DNA of 64,000 nucleotides from a virus (IMGVR_UViG_3300013800_000001:22065-86064); one strand, 5' to 3'; numbered from the stretch's first letter, positions 1-7,248 are shown. Translations and numbers: made by a program. The notes: a model not told the origin generated them from the sequence alone.

Positions 1-90
1 TATAGCCTTCCTTACATGAGATATTTCATTTTTTGTGTAACACTTTTTTCCACTACAATTCATTGCTTTTATAGGATTAGTAATGTATCT

Positions 91-120
91 AATATACACT
101 ATGATTTTCCATTTGTCAAG
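91..120 (-). promoter_or_regulatory. Conserved phage promoter motif (TTGACA-N17-TATATT), reads leftward out of the window
   Basis: Reverse complement reads cTTGACAaatggaaaatcatagtgTATATT. It shares the 17-nt spacer with the other copies. Confidence 0.6.
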
Positions 121-134
121 TGGAATAAAAATTG

Positions 135-207
135 CTCCAACGGAAGGACTCGAACCTTCAACCATCGCCTTAACAGGGCGCCGCTCTGCCAATTGAGCTA
201 CACTGGA
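135..207 (-). tRNA. tRNA-Asn(GTT)
   Basis: Hand-folded cloverleaf. Acceptor TCCAGTG/CGTTGGA, T-arm GAAGG-TTCGAGT-CCTTC, anticodon loop CTGTTAA. Confidence 0.75.
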
Positions 208-218
208 ATATTTCCCTG

Positions 219-289
219 TTCTCCCGCCTGGAATCGAACCAGAATCTCTCGGGCTTCAACCGAGCGCTCAACCACTGAGCTACAGAAGA
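219..289 (-). tRNA. tRNA-Phe(GAA)
   Basis: Cloverleaf with D-arm GCTCAGTGGTTGAGC, anticodon loop TTGAAGC and T-loop TTCGATT. Confidence 0.75.
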
Positions 290-297
290 TTAGACCT

Positions 298-1041
298 CTA
301 ATCGAGGTCAAGTTTTAAATATCTACCCTGACTGCCTTTTAGAGTAAGCGCCTGGACAAAATGGTACTTCACTCCATCTACTTCTTTTGTCTTATGCACA
401 ACATGGTAATCTCCACCTAGTACATGTTTTACATTCGTGTCCTTAATAGCCTCAAAAAACTTTTCATATGTAGGTTTCGGTGTGACCGTGTCCTTTCTAA
501 ATGGTGGCTTTGAGATAGCAATAACGATCTTCTTATCTGTATCTAACTTCTCTTTCAGCCACTTAATCTGCTCATCTGAGAAACCGCCGTCATTCTGTCC
601 TGTTGGATTATATGAGACTTCTTCAGAGTTCATAACAATTATACGCCAACCATCCTTATCTACACTATAATATTTTGATCCTGATAGATACTTAAACCCT
701 TTATCACAATCATGATTACCGAATCCAAAGTAAACCTGTTTCCCTGATTTATCTACTGCTTTTCGAAGTTTTTTATCATACTTTTTAGCGTCTTTACACT
801 TATTGGAATTGTCACCAAGTGCGATATAAATATCTCCTGGTTGATTCAAGAATGCACTAAAATAAGATACTCCCTTGCTAGGATAAATTATATTGCCCGG
901 CGTTGACTTGCTGTAATCACGCTTTTTTTGACTTCCTGCATGGATATCTGATGTTACGTTTAATGTAAAAGCTTCTACTGATGGTAGGCTAACAAATGCA
1001 AATAAGAGTAACGACATCAAGCCTGTGAATGCTATTTTCAT
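298..1041 (-). CDS. Secreted calcineurin-like metallophosphoesterase (signal peptide MKIAFTGLMSLLLFAFVSLPSVEA). The start is moved to the Met at 1041 because the track ORF runs into a tRNA.
   Basis: Motifs IALGDN, GNHD and GDYHVVH. The hydrophobic N-terminus ends in an AxA-like cleavage site. Confidence 0.6.
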   Translation of the reverse strand: MKIAFTGLMSLLLFAFVSLPSVEAFTLNVTSDIHAGSQKKRDYSKSTPGNIIYPSKGVSYFSAFLNQPGDIYIALGDNSNKCKDAKKYDKKLRKAVDKSGKQVYFGFGNHDCDKGFKYLSGSKYYSVDKDGWRIIVMNSEEVSYNPTGQNDGGFSDEQIKWLKEKLDTDKKIVIAISKPPFRKDTVTPKPTYEKFFEAIKDTNVKHVLGGDYHVVHKTKEVDGVKYHFVQALTLKGSQGRYLKLDLD

Positions 1042-1068
1042 ATAATTTTCGATAATATTTAAACTCTG

Positions 1069-1143
1069 TGAACCATGATGGATTCGAACCATCGACCTTG
1101 AGGTTAAAAGCCCCCTGCTCTGGCCGGACTGAGCTAATAGTTC
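1069..1143 (-). tRNA. tRNA-Lys(TTT)
   Basis: Acceptor GAACTAT/ATGGTTC, anticodon loop CTTTTAA, T-arm GATGG-TTCGAAT-CCATC. Confidence 0.75.
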
Positions 1144-1261
1144 ATATTGATTCACTGATGTGTGGCCGAGTTTTACTGACTTATACCAGTCGTGAGGTAA
1201 TTAGCCTCCTCGGTGCCCGTTAGGACTGCTTCACCCTGCCACGCATCAATGAACCATCTTG

Positions 1262-1334
1262 TGATCTGAGAAGGAATCGAACCTTCAACCTTCTGGTTAA
1301 GAGCCAGTTGCTCTGCCTATTGAGCTACCAGATC
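1262..1334 (-). tRNA. tRNA-Lys(CTT)
   Basis: Acceptor GATCTGG/TCAGATC, anticodon loop CTCTTAA, T-arm GAAGG-TTCGATT-CCTTC. Confidence 0.75.
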
Positions 1335-1340
1335 ATCTTG

Positions 1341-1427
1341 AGGAGAATGAAGGATTTGAACCTTCGTTGCTTTTACACAATACAGTTTTCAAGACTGTTG
1401 CCATCAACCAGACTCGGCCAATTCTCC
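1341..1427 (-). tRNA. tRNA-Ser(TGA), class II
   Basis: 87 nt. Perfect acceptor GGAGAAT/ATTCTCC, anticodon stem ACAGT/ACTGT with loop CTTGAAA, long variable arm. Confidence 0.75.
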
Positions 1428-1478
1428 TGGAGAATGTTCCTATTGGGTATCCCCTAATCGTCACAAACAACCGTTATG

Positions 1479-1562
1479 AGGAAGACAGACTATTCGAAAG
1501 CCATTCCTTGCGGAACCCTTCCCTTAGCACGGGAGTGCAGCGCCTTGCTGCTTTATCTTCCT
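1479..1562 (-). tRNA. tRNA-Ser(GCT), class II, weak T-stem
   Basis: 82 nt. Acceptor (A)GGAAGAT/GTCTTCC(T), D-stem GCAG/CTGC, anticodon loop GTGCTAA, variable hairpin TTCC-GCAA-GGAA, T-loop TTCGAAT on a 4-bp stem. Confidence 0.55.
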
Positions 1563-1623
1563 AAATGAGGGAGTGCTATTAAGCGTCACTCAATCGCTAA
1601 ACATGACAGTACTATCATATTTG

Positions 1624-1695
1624 TTCTAGAGGTACGGATCGAACATACTCATACAGGGTTCAAAGCCCCGTGCCTTCCCATTTGGCTACTCTAGA
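1624..1695 (-). tRNA. tRNA-Gln(TTG)
   Basis: Acceptor TCTAGAG/CTCTAGA, anticodon stem CGGGG/CCCTG with loop CTTTGAA, T-loop TTCGATC. Confidence 0.7.
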
Positions 1696-1730
1696 ATATT
1701 TACAGACTGGAGGTGGAGTACCCAGAGGCC

Positions 1731-1773
1731 GTCGCCTCGCCAGTTCGTCTCTTCCATACGTCTATGGCCGGAC
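1731..1773 (-). other. Two spacer hairpins that share a GACG tetraloop (GAGGC-GACG-GCCTC and CCATA-GACG-TATGG on the minus strand)
   Basis: Both are perfect 5-bp stems with identical 4-nt loops, in the 106-nt spacer between two tRNA-Gln genes. No cloverleaf fits. Confidence 0.4.
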
Positions 1774-1802
1774 TTATACTCCCCCTTCAATCTGCAAATT
1801 TG

Positions 1803-1873
1803 TTTCAGTCCAAGGATTCGAACCTCACTTAACAGCTTCAGAGGCTGCTGTCCTACCGCTAGACGAGACTGAA
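1803..1873 (-). tRNA. tRNA-Gln(CTG)
   Basis: Acceptor TTCAGTC/GACTGAA, anticodon loop CTCTGAA, T-loop TTCGAAT. Confidence 0.7.
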
Positions 1874-1886
1874 AAATGAACTCTGG

Positions 1887-1960
1887 GGTGATCGGAGGGG
1901 CTCGAACCCTCAACGGCTCGCTTCACAAACGAGTACTCTGCCAATTGAGCTACGAACACC
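1887..1960 (-). tRNA. tRNA-His(GTG)
   Basis: Anticodon loop TTGTGAA. Extra 5' G(-1) opposite a C73 discriminator, the His identity signature. D-arm GCTCAATTGGCAGAG. Confidence 0.75.
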
Positions 1961-2148
1961 CCAGAATTCACTTGTGGACAGTGTCGGTAACGATCCGACT
2001 CTTTCTGGTTGCAAACCAGATGTGCTGGCCTTTATCACTAACCGCCCATAAATTGAAGAGTGGCCATCTAGTCCATTCAGGAGCGACCTGAGTTATCCCT
2101 TCGCTCTGCTAGATACCATTGAGGAAGGTGTTCGGCGTCTTCAATTTG

Positions 2149-2229
2149 TGGAGATAGAGAGAATCGAACTCTCGTCCGATAGAGTGCCCTTTCGGGATTT
2201 AACTACCGTCGAAACCATTGCTTATCCCC
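2149..2229 (-). ncRNA. Atypical tRNA-like element (81 nt): acceptor and T-arm present, no canonical D/anticodon arms, contains a CCC-GAAA-GGG hairpin
   Basis: Acceptor GGGGATA/TATCTCC and T-arm GAGAG-TTCGATT-CTCTC are clear. The internal part folds as GGTTT-(11 nt)-AAATC plus a CCCGAAAGGG GNRA hairpin instead of a 7-nt anticodon loop. Confidence 0.4.
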
Positions 2230-2230
2230 G

Positions 2231-2301
2231 CATAGAAACCTGGATTTGAACCAGGACTAAAGGTTTTGGAGACCTTTGTGCTGCCGTTACACTATTTCCA
2301 C
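2231..2301 (-). tRNA. tRNA-Trp(CCA)
   Basis: Anticodon stem AAGGT/ACCTT with loop CTCCAAA, G73 discriminator, T-arm CCTGG-TTCAAAT-CCAGG. Confidence 0.75.
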
Positions 2302-2431
2302 GTATTGCTTTTGCTTCTCGAAAATCTTTAGACTAAAGAAATCTTTAGCATTCCACCTGTTCTGCCACTTCATTTTATGAGGCTTACAGAGTGCACATGA
2401 TCGCTTTTTCTTTTTTAGTCTCTTTCTCATA

Positions 2432-2611
2432 CTACTTTCTTAACTCTAACTGATTCTCATTGAATATATGTAGCAACCCGTCTTTATGCTCTGCTACTAT
2501 TCTCACATCACCCTTTGTGTTGGTAAAAATAGCTACAATAATCGAGTTGAACTTATATCCACTAACTTTCTTTGCTTTATCGCCTATCTTGAATTTTGAC
2601 TTTATCTTCAT
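2432..2611 (-). CDS. Small hypothetical protein (59 aa, MKIKSKFKIGDKAKKVSGYKFNSIIVAIFTNTKGDVRIVAEHKDGLLHIFNENQLELRK) inside the tRNA array
   Basis: Translated by hand. It is one residue under the ORF-track cutoff. It looks like a KOW/SH3-like small domain and sits in a 330-nt tRNA-free gap. Confidence 0.4.
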   Translation of the reverse strand: MKIKSKFKIGDKAKKVSGYKFNSIIVAIFTNTKGDVRIVAEHKDGLLHIFNENQLELRK

Positions 2612-2630
2612 ATATTTCTTTATTTATCTG

Positions 2631-2704
2631 TAATCCTAGTCGGATTCGAACCGACGATAACCTGTCTGAAAAACAGGGGGCTTGGGCCGCTTGCCTATAG
2701 GATC
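2631..2704 (-). tRNA. tRNA-Glu(TTC)
   Basis: Anticodon stem CCTGT/ACAGG with loop TTTTCAG, T-arm GTCGG-TTCGAAT-CCGAC. Confidence 0.7.
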
Positions 2705-2709
2705 ATCTG

Positions 2710-2792
2710 TGGGAGGAGTTGGATTCGAACCAACAATGTTTCCGTGTCACGGTTTTACAGACCGCTTGCTTCACCAATTTGCATATCCGCCC
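2710..2792 (-). tRNA. tRNA-Tyr(GTA), class II
   Basis: 83 nt. Anticodon loop CTGTAAA, long variable arm, T-arm GTTGG-TTCGAAT-CCAAC. Confidence 0.7.
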
Positions 2793-2900
2793 TTTTGGAA
2801 CCTATTGCTAGGCGGCCTTTCACCCTATTGCGTAATGGGACTTCAGTAACGGATATATACGCTAACCGTTAAACCGAAAATGGCTCTTATTAATATTCTG

Positions 2901-2972
2901 TTGGCTTAACTAGATTCGAACTAGTGACCTTAGGATTAGAAGTCCTGCGCTCTTCCGCTGAGCTATAAGCCA
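2901..2972 (-). tRNA. tRNA-Arg(TCT)
   Basis: Perfect acceptor TGGCTTA/TAAGCCA, anticodon loop CTTCTAA, D-arm GCTCAGCGGAAGAGC. Confidence 0.75.
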
Positions 2973-2973
2973 G

Positions 2974-3047
2974 TAGGTTATGAAGGAGTCGAACCTTCAC
3001 TGTATGCATTTTGAGTGCATTGCGTCTGCCAATTGCGCCAATAACCC
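2974..3047 (-). tRNA. tRNA with Leu anticodon CAA but class-I (74-nt) architecture
   Basis: Anticodon stem TGCAT/ATGCA with loop CTCAAAA. A73. No long variable arm. It abuts its neighbours on both sides, so it cannot be longer. Confidence 0.6.
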
Positions 3048-3048
3048 G

Positions 3049-3120
3049 TAGGCAATGTTGGAATCGAACCAACGACTTGAAGTATATAAGACTTCATTTC
3101 TTCCACTGAATTAATTGCCT
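3049..3120 (-). tRNA. tRNA-Ile(TAT), reads AUA
   Basis: Perfect acceptor AGGCAAT/ATTGCCT, anticodon stem GAAGT/ACTTC with loop CTTATAT. Confidence 0.7.
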
Positions 3121-3213
3121 GTACGCAAGTATTCCCCCTCTATCACGATTACCAATCGGGGTCTTTCGACCTAATCACGATAGCTTCACCCGAATAGGAG
3201 GAATACCTACATG

Positions 3214-3285
3214 TTGGTAAGGAAGGAGTTGAACCTTCGACCTTAGCCGTATCAGGACTCTGCTCTACCGTTGAGCTACTCACCA
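3214..3285 (-). tRNA. tRNA-Ile(GAT)
   Basis: Acceptor TGGTGAG/CTTACCA, D-arm GCTCAACGGTAGAGC, anticodon loop CTGATAC. Confidence 0.65.
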
Positions 3286-3455
3286 ATATGGTCATTAGAT
3301 AGGTAAGGATTTGACGAGATGTGAGGCTGTAAAACCTTCTTTAATCTATCCACAGATAGAGCATTACTCGTATAGTCACCTTACATGGATTTCCTACCAG
3401 TATCTTTATCCCAACTGGTTTCAGGCGTTACTATTCCGCCACTATCTAAATCCCG

Positions 3456-3528
3456 TAGTTCCCCTGGGATTCGAACCCAGACTTTAGACATTTTAAGTGT
3501 CTTGCCTCTGCCGTTGGGCTAGAGAACC
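3456..3528 (-). tRNA. tRNA with Leu anticodon TAA but class-I (73-nt) architecture
   Basis: Anticodon stem AGACA/TGTCT with loop CTTAAAA. A73. Short variable loop. Confidence 0.6.
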
Positions 3529-3626
3529 ATTGCAATACCTTTTAATCCTATGTGCGGGGCCTCGATAATATTTATATCCAACCATGGTAACCTCACAAAA
3601 CACATTAACGGAAAAAAAGGATTTTG

Positions 3627-3707
3627 TGCGTTAGGAGAGACTCGAACTCTCAACCCTTTCGGGCACGGTTTCTAAGACCGCTGTGTAAACCGTTCCACCA
3701 CCAACGC
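3627..3707 (-). tRNA. tRNA-Leu(TAG), class II
   Basis: 81 nt. Anticodon stem GCGGT/ACCGT with loop CTTAGAA. Variable arm is a CCC-GAAA-GGG hairpin. Confidence 0.7.
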
Positions 3708-3749
3708 ATAGACTTATCGACTTATCGGCCATCGACGTATTACCATCTG

Positions 3750-3823
3750 TACGCTCTGAGGGATTTGAACCCCCGACTTTCTGGTTCGAAGCCAGACACT
3801 CTAGTCCACTGAGTTAAGAGCGT
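3750..3823 (-). tRNA. tRNA-Arg(TCG)
   Basis: Perfect acceptor ACGCTCT/AGAGCGT, anticodon stem TCTGG/CCAGA with loop CTTCGAA. Confidence 0.75.
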
Positions 3824-3949
3824 ATGTTCCCAGGCTTTCATTGGTACCTGGAGTGAGCCTGACATTAAGGGGTATAGCCCCGCATCTGACGACGCAACGT
3901 ACAACCACAATCCCGTAGTAAGGAAATGTATTCTAGTTACTTAATTCAC

Positions 3950-4046
3950 TAGTGGGGAGGAGCGCAAAGTATTACCAGTGACGCCATTCAACAGGGTACT
4001 CTATTACGCATTTCGCCTGAAGGTTTCGTAATCCCTCCCCCCCACT
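3950..4046. other. Structured spacer element: G-run (GTGGGGAGG) pairs with a C-run (CCTCCCCCCAC) about 80 nt away, enclosing repeated CGTAAT/ATTACG motifs
   Basis: It lies in the longest (about 235 nt) tRNA-free spacer of the array. No cloverleaf fits. Confidence 0.3.
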
Positions 4047-4058
4047 AAAGAACTATTG

Positions 4059-4129
4059 AGCACGATACTGGAATCGAACCAGTATATCAGGGTTTGCAAT
4101 CCTGCACCTAGCCTTTCGGTCAACCGTGC
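4059..4129 (-). tRNA. tRNA-Cys(GCA)
   Basis: Anticodon loop TTGCAAA. U73 discriminator, the Cys identity element. Confidence 0.7.
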
Positions 4130-4151
4130 TTATTTTAAAATAACTTCTTTG

Positions 4152-4225
4152 TAGTCCGTGTAGGACTTGAACCTACAACCTTCGGTATGTAACACCGTTG
4201 CTCTAGCCAATTGAGCTAACAGACC
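4152..4225 (-). tRNA. tRNA-Val(TAC)
   Basis: D-arm GCTCAATTGGCTAGAGC, anticodon loop GTTACAT, T-arm GTAGG-TTCAAGT-CCTAC. Confidence 0.7.
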
Positions 4226-4407
4226 AAATCAGGCAGGAGGGCGGCAATCCCCATCATGACTTACAGTGGGAGGGCTGTATAAGTCCCGCAGTAGAGCCTT
4301 TCTGCATTTCAACCTGGAGCGTCGTCAGGGTAACGATCCCTGTCCTTCGGTTTGGAAAACCACTATGCGTCCATGAACACCTACAACGCTTATTTTTCTA
4401 TCTTGGG

Positions 4408-4481
4408 AGCCTCCACGAGGATTCGAACCCCGGACCTACGCATTACAAGTGCGCCGCTCTGGCCAACTGAGCTATAAAGGC
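4408..4481 (-). tRNA. tRNA-Thr(TGT)
   Basis: Anticodon stem GCGCA/TGCGT with loop CTTGTAA, D-arm GCTCAGTTGGCCAGAGC. Confidence 0.7.
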
Positions 4482-4602
4482 TTATTACTAGAAATCATGG
4501 TTATCAATATGCCGTATTAGAGTTACTGATTACCATGAGCTGTGCCTACACTGGCTGGCAAGGCACTCGGTAGGGCTTCGGAATATGATCATCTCTTCCT
4601 TG

Positions 4603-4675
4603 TTGCGATAGTGAGAATCGAACTCACGTACTCCTGCTTATGAGACAGGCCTGGGGCCACTCCAGATATATCGCT
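4603..4675 (-). tRNA. tRNA with CAT anticodon (elongator Met or Ile2-lysidine type). Position 1-72 is an A-A mismatch.
   Basis: Anticodon loop CTCATAA. It lacks the three G-C pairs of initiator tRNAs. Confidence 0.65.
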
Positions 4676-4861
4676 ATATGATGTGGGCGCCTCGACCGAG
4701 GACACACATCGACTTTATCTATCCCATAAGCTGGGCTACCAACAAAACTCCAAAACTAGTATGTGCCCACATTGGCTTCTGTTAGCTAGACAGCAGCGCT
4801 TGAAGACATGGAGTGAATGTTCGTAAACCCCACTTATGAGATAGATTTTAAAATAACTGAG

Positions 4862-4932
4862 TCAGAGTACTAGGAGTTGAACCTAGGCCGAATCCTTCCA
4901 AAGGACTCGTGCTACCGTAACACTTTACTCTG
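4862..4932 (-). tRNA. tRNA-Pro(TGG)
   Basis: Perfect acceptor CAGAGTA/TACTCTG, anticodon loop TTTGGAA. Confidence 0.75.
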
Positions 4933-5015
4933 AGAGACGGATAGTTGTTTTTTCCAAGCAAGCAGCTAGGTAGGGGCTGCGATCCGTCAATGGGGCTTAA
5001 ACGCCGATATACCTG

Positions 5016-5087
5016 TGAGTCAGCCGAGAATTGAACTCGGGCCTGCTCCTTGAGAGGGAGCCGTCTTCGCCACTTGACTACAGACTC
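5016..5087 (-). tRNA. tRNA-Glu(CTC)
   Basis: Anticodon stem GCTCC/GGAGC with loop CTCTCAA, T-arm CCGAG-TTCAATT-CTCGG. Confidence 0.7.
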
Positions 5088-5190
5088 ATTTTTGGAACCA
5101 GACGTTTATAGTCCGGCGGCTCGTCTGACTTACGTGCTATAGGATGTGCACACCCCAACACTGCCGACGATGCTCTTTGATCAATTCCTG

Positions 5191-5261
5191 CGGGACATGC
5201 GAGAATCGAACTCGCACTTACTGGTAGACAACCAGGCGCGCTGCCACTACGCCAATGTCCC
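5191..5261 (-). tRNA. tRNA-Asp(GTC)
   Basis: Perfect acceptor GGGACAT/ATGTCCC. G73. Anticodon loop TTGTCTA. Confidence 0.7.
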
Positions 5262-5289
5262 ATTTACTTTTTCAATTTACTACTCTCTA

Positions 5290-5319
5290 AGTGTACATGA
5301 TGATTTTCCATTTGTCAAG
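5290..5319 (-). promoter_or_regulatory. Conserved phage promoter (TTGACA-N17-TACACT) driving the minus-strand tRNA array
   Basis: Reverse complement is cTTGACAaatggaaaatcatcatgTACACT, about 30 nt upstream of the first tRNA. Confidence 0.65.
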
Positions 5320-5325
5320 TCCCCT

Positions 5326-5360
5326 TTGTATAAAAGAAAAACCCACCGTAAGATGGGTTC
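5326..5360 (-). terminator. Rho-independent terminator for the upstream minus-strand operon
   Basis: Hairpin AACCCA-ccgtaaga-TGGGTT followed on the minus strand by TTTTCTTTTAT. Confidence 0.55.
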
Positions 5361-5389
5361 GTTCAAAATCATGAAAACGGATTCCGCAT

Positions 5390-5665
5390 CTATTTTTTCT
5401 TTCCTATTGCTTTTTTAACGAGCATCTTATTATCGGTATTGCTACTATTCGGTGAAACGTATGCACCTTTTCCTCCCTTGATGGTCGGCATTGATGCTAT
5501 CGATGGCTTGCTTTTACCTAAGGTGGTCATACCACCGAGAGAACTTTTGGCAAGCTTGCGAGCCCCTTGGACGCCTTTATAGGCAGCCTGCACGGGATGT
5601 GTAGCTCCAAAAGCGGCAGCCTTGCCACCATTGATCATTGATTTGAGAATGTTTTTCTTGTCCAT
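5390..5665 (-). CDS. Hypothetical Gly/Lys-rich protein (91 aa)
   Basis: ORF track. Same strand as the operon. Similar in composition to the next ORF. Confidence 0.45.
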   Translation of the reverse strand: MDKKNILKSMINGGKAAAFGATHPVQAAYKGVQGARKLAKSSLGGMTTLGKSKPSIASMPTIKGGKGAYVSPNSSNTDNKMLVKKAIGKKK

Positions 5666-5703
5666 AATTGAAAGTGTATAAAAGTCCTATTAATTTGTCA
5701 ATC

Positions 5704-6084
5704 CTAACTAGCGTACATCTTGCTTCCTGTATTAGTTCCACGAGCAACTCTAAGGGTATTCTTGAGTGCACGTCTCTTAGCAACATTGGCGCTCATGCGT
5801 CCTAGCACACCACCGGCGGCTAGGCTTCCAATAGTGCCGAGGGTCTTAGCTCCACTGATGGCAGCCTTCTTCCCACTGACATTATCAGAAACATACTTCT
5901 TGGCTGAAGGTGCTACCATACGTTTTGCTATCTTTGAACCAGCGTATTCGGCCAAATCAGTAGCGCCAGATATCCTATTGATTCCTGTAGCTACATCAAA
6001 AGCGAGTCCCTTGCCGGAGGCTTTAACACGTGGGTCATTACTTTTCATGACCTTCTTTAATGCTGCTCTTTTCTGTTCAAACAT
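5704..6084 (-). CDS. Hypothetical Gly/Ala/Lys-rich protein (126 aa), a possible paralogue of the previous gene
   Basis: ORF track. The overlapping plus-strand ORF 5720-6139 is judged antisense noise. Confidence 0.5.
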   Translation of the reverse strand: MFEQKRAALKKVMKSNDPRVKASGKGLAFDVATGINRISGATDLAEYAGSKIAKRMVAPSAKKYVSDNVSGKKAAISGAKTLGTIGSLAAGGVLGRMSANVAKRRALKNTLRVARGTNTGSKMYAS

Positions 6085-6104
6085 AAAAAAAGTATATAAC
6101 AGTC

Positions 6105-6848
6105 CTAAGAATTGTTTTTGTCATAAAGCTCAGGCATGAACCTTCTCAAATATTCGTTAGAAGGATATACAGGAGAGTACAACAAATTCTTGGTAGCTGG
6201 AACGTATATATCTCTATAATCAGGTGCTAATGGTGATCTCATGACGCTACTGCCATTTGAACCATACTCAGCAAAGGACTCAGTGTCCCTCATTCTCTGA
6301 TCAGCATCCATGTAATTGCTAAGGAACTTCTTTAAATACTTGGCGTATTTAGGATCATTCTTTGCTACTTTGTCTTCAAATAAATAGCTATTCCCAGATG
6401 TTCTCCCTCTTTTCACATAGCTGGCATTAGGTTCATCTCTGTTATTAACGTTCTCATCAAGAGAGTGAGTGATCTCATGTCGGAGTGTCCCCACCACTCT
6501 ATCCCCTCTATTCTTTGGGTTTAGTCCATTAGGGTGTACTGTAATCCCACCTTTAGCAGAATTATACTGTCCCATCACAAAAGCCCCTTTGGCTGCGTTA
6601 GACCCTTTGGTGTCTTTTGCTGTTAGAAGCCTAAGAGGCATTTTCTTGATGTATTTCTCTGCCTGTGGGGTATAGGCTGTCTGGTCTAGGACATTTTTCC
6701 TTAGGGTTTCCAATTCAATTGGTTTAGCCTTATATGTCGGTTCTTCATAGGCGTCACTCTTTTTGCTATGCACAAAACCTTTGACGTCACCTTTGACCTC
6801 ATTAATAACTTTCTTCAGAAATTGCTTCTTACTGTCCCAGAAACCCAT
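6105..6848 (-). CDS. Hypothetical protein with an HExxH motif (HEITH), a possible zinc metallopeptidase
   Basis: ORF track. The motif is seen in the translation. No further family call. Confidence 0.5.
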   Translation of the reverse strand: MGFWDSKKQFLKKVINEVKGDVKGFVHSKKSDAYEEPTYKAKPIELETLRKNVLDQTAYTPQAEKYIKKMPLRLLTAKDTKGSNAAKGAFVMGQYNSAKGGITVHPNGLNPKNRGDRVVGTLRHEITHSLDENVNNRDEPNASYVKRGRTSGNSYLFEDKVAKNDPKYAKYLKKFLSNYMDADQRMRDTESFAEYGSNGSSVMRSPLAPDYRDIYVPATKNLLYSPVYPSNEYLRRFMPELYDKNNS

Positions 6849-6886
6849 AGAGTCTTGTTTGTATAACTCTAGGGTAGCAAAGTCCC

Positions 6887-7156
6887 TTAGTTTATAGGGG
6901 CTATTACACCAAGGTCTGAGAGAGTCTCAGCAATGGTATCAAGAAGCATGAGATCATCAGTCTTATCATACTCCTCAATAGCTTTCTGTAATTCAGGGGT
7001 ATCTTCTAATCTTTCAATGTTGTACTTCCCACATAGGTAGCCGATAGCGAATATGTCTTGCGCAAGAAGAATATACTTCTCTTCAGCAGCTTTGTGCACC
7101 ATCTTACGCATATCATTTGATAACTCTTCCTTGCTGCATCTTTGTTTCTTTTCCAT
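6887..7156 (-). CDS. Hypothetical protein (89 aa)
   Basis: ORF track. In the operon. Confidence 0.45.
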   Translation of the reverse strand: MEKKQRCSKEELSNDMRKMVHKAAEEKYILLAQDIFAIGYLCGKYNIERLEDTPELQKAIEEYDKTDDLMLLDTIAETLSDLGVIAPIN

Positions 7157-7248
7157 ATGTTTATATATTACTTAATTATTGGCTTAAATCACCGGGGATT
7201 TTTCTTATTTATCTGTCACACGGTTCAAAGTTTATAACTGTTTATAAC

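Noticed and set aside
3121-3213. Candidate extra tRNA in the 93-nt spacer containing a GGTC-GAAA-GACC hairpin and a direct repeat ATCACGAT
   Set aside because: An acceptor-like pairing (TTCCTCC/GGGGGAA) can be drawn, but no T-arm or anticodon arm forms. It is kept only as a spacer hairpin.
1367-5418. Track ORFs of 60-100 aa on both strands inside the tRNA array (for example 1367-1564, 1686-1913, 2890-3072, 3624-3812, 5078-5263, 5146-5418)
   Set aside because: Each overlaps one or more clearly folded tRNA genes, so they are read-through artefacts of the six-frame translation.
5720-6139. Plus-strand ORF of 139 aa
   Set aside because: It is antisense to two same-operon minus-strand ORFs and has Ala/Leu/Pro-rich composition typical of antisense frames. 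The minus-strand reading fits the promoter and terminator arrangement.
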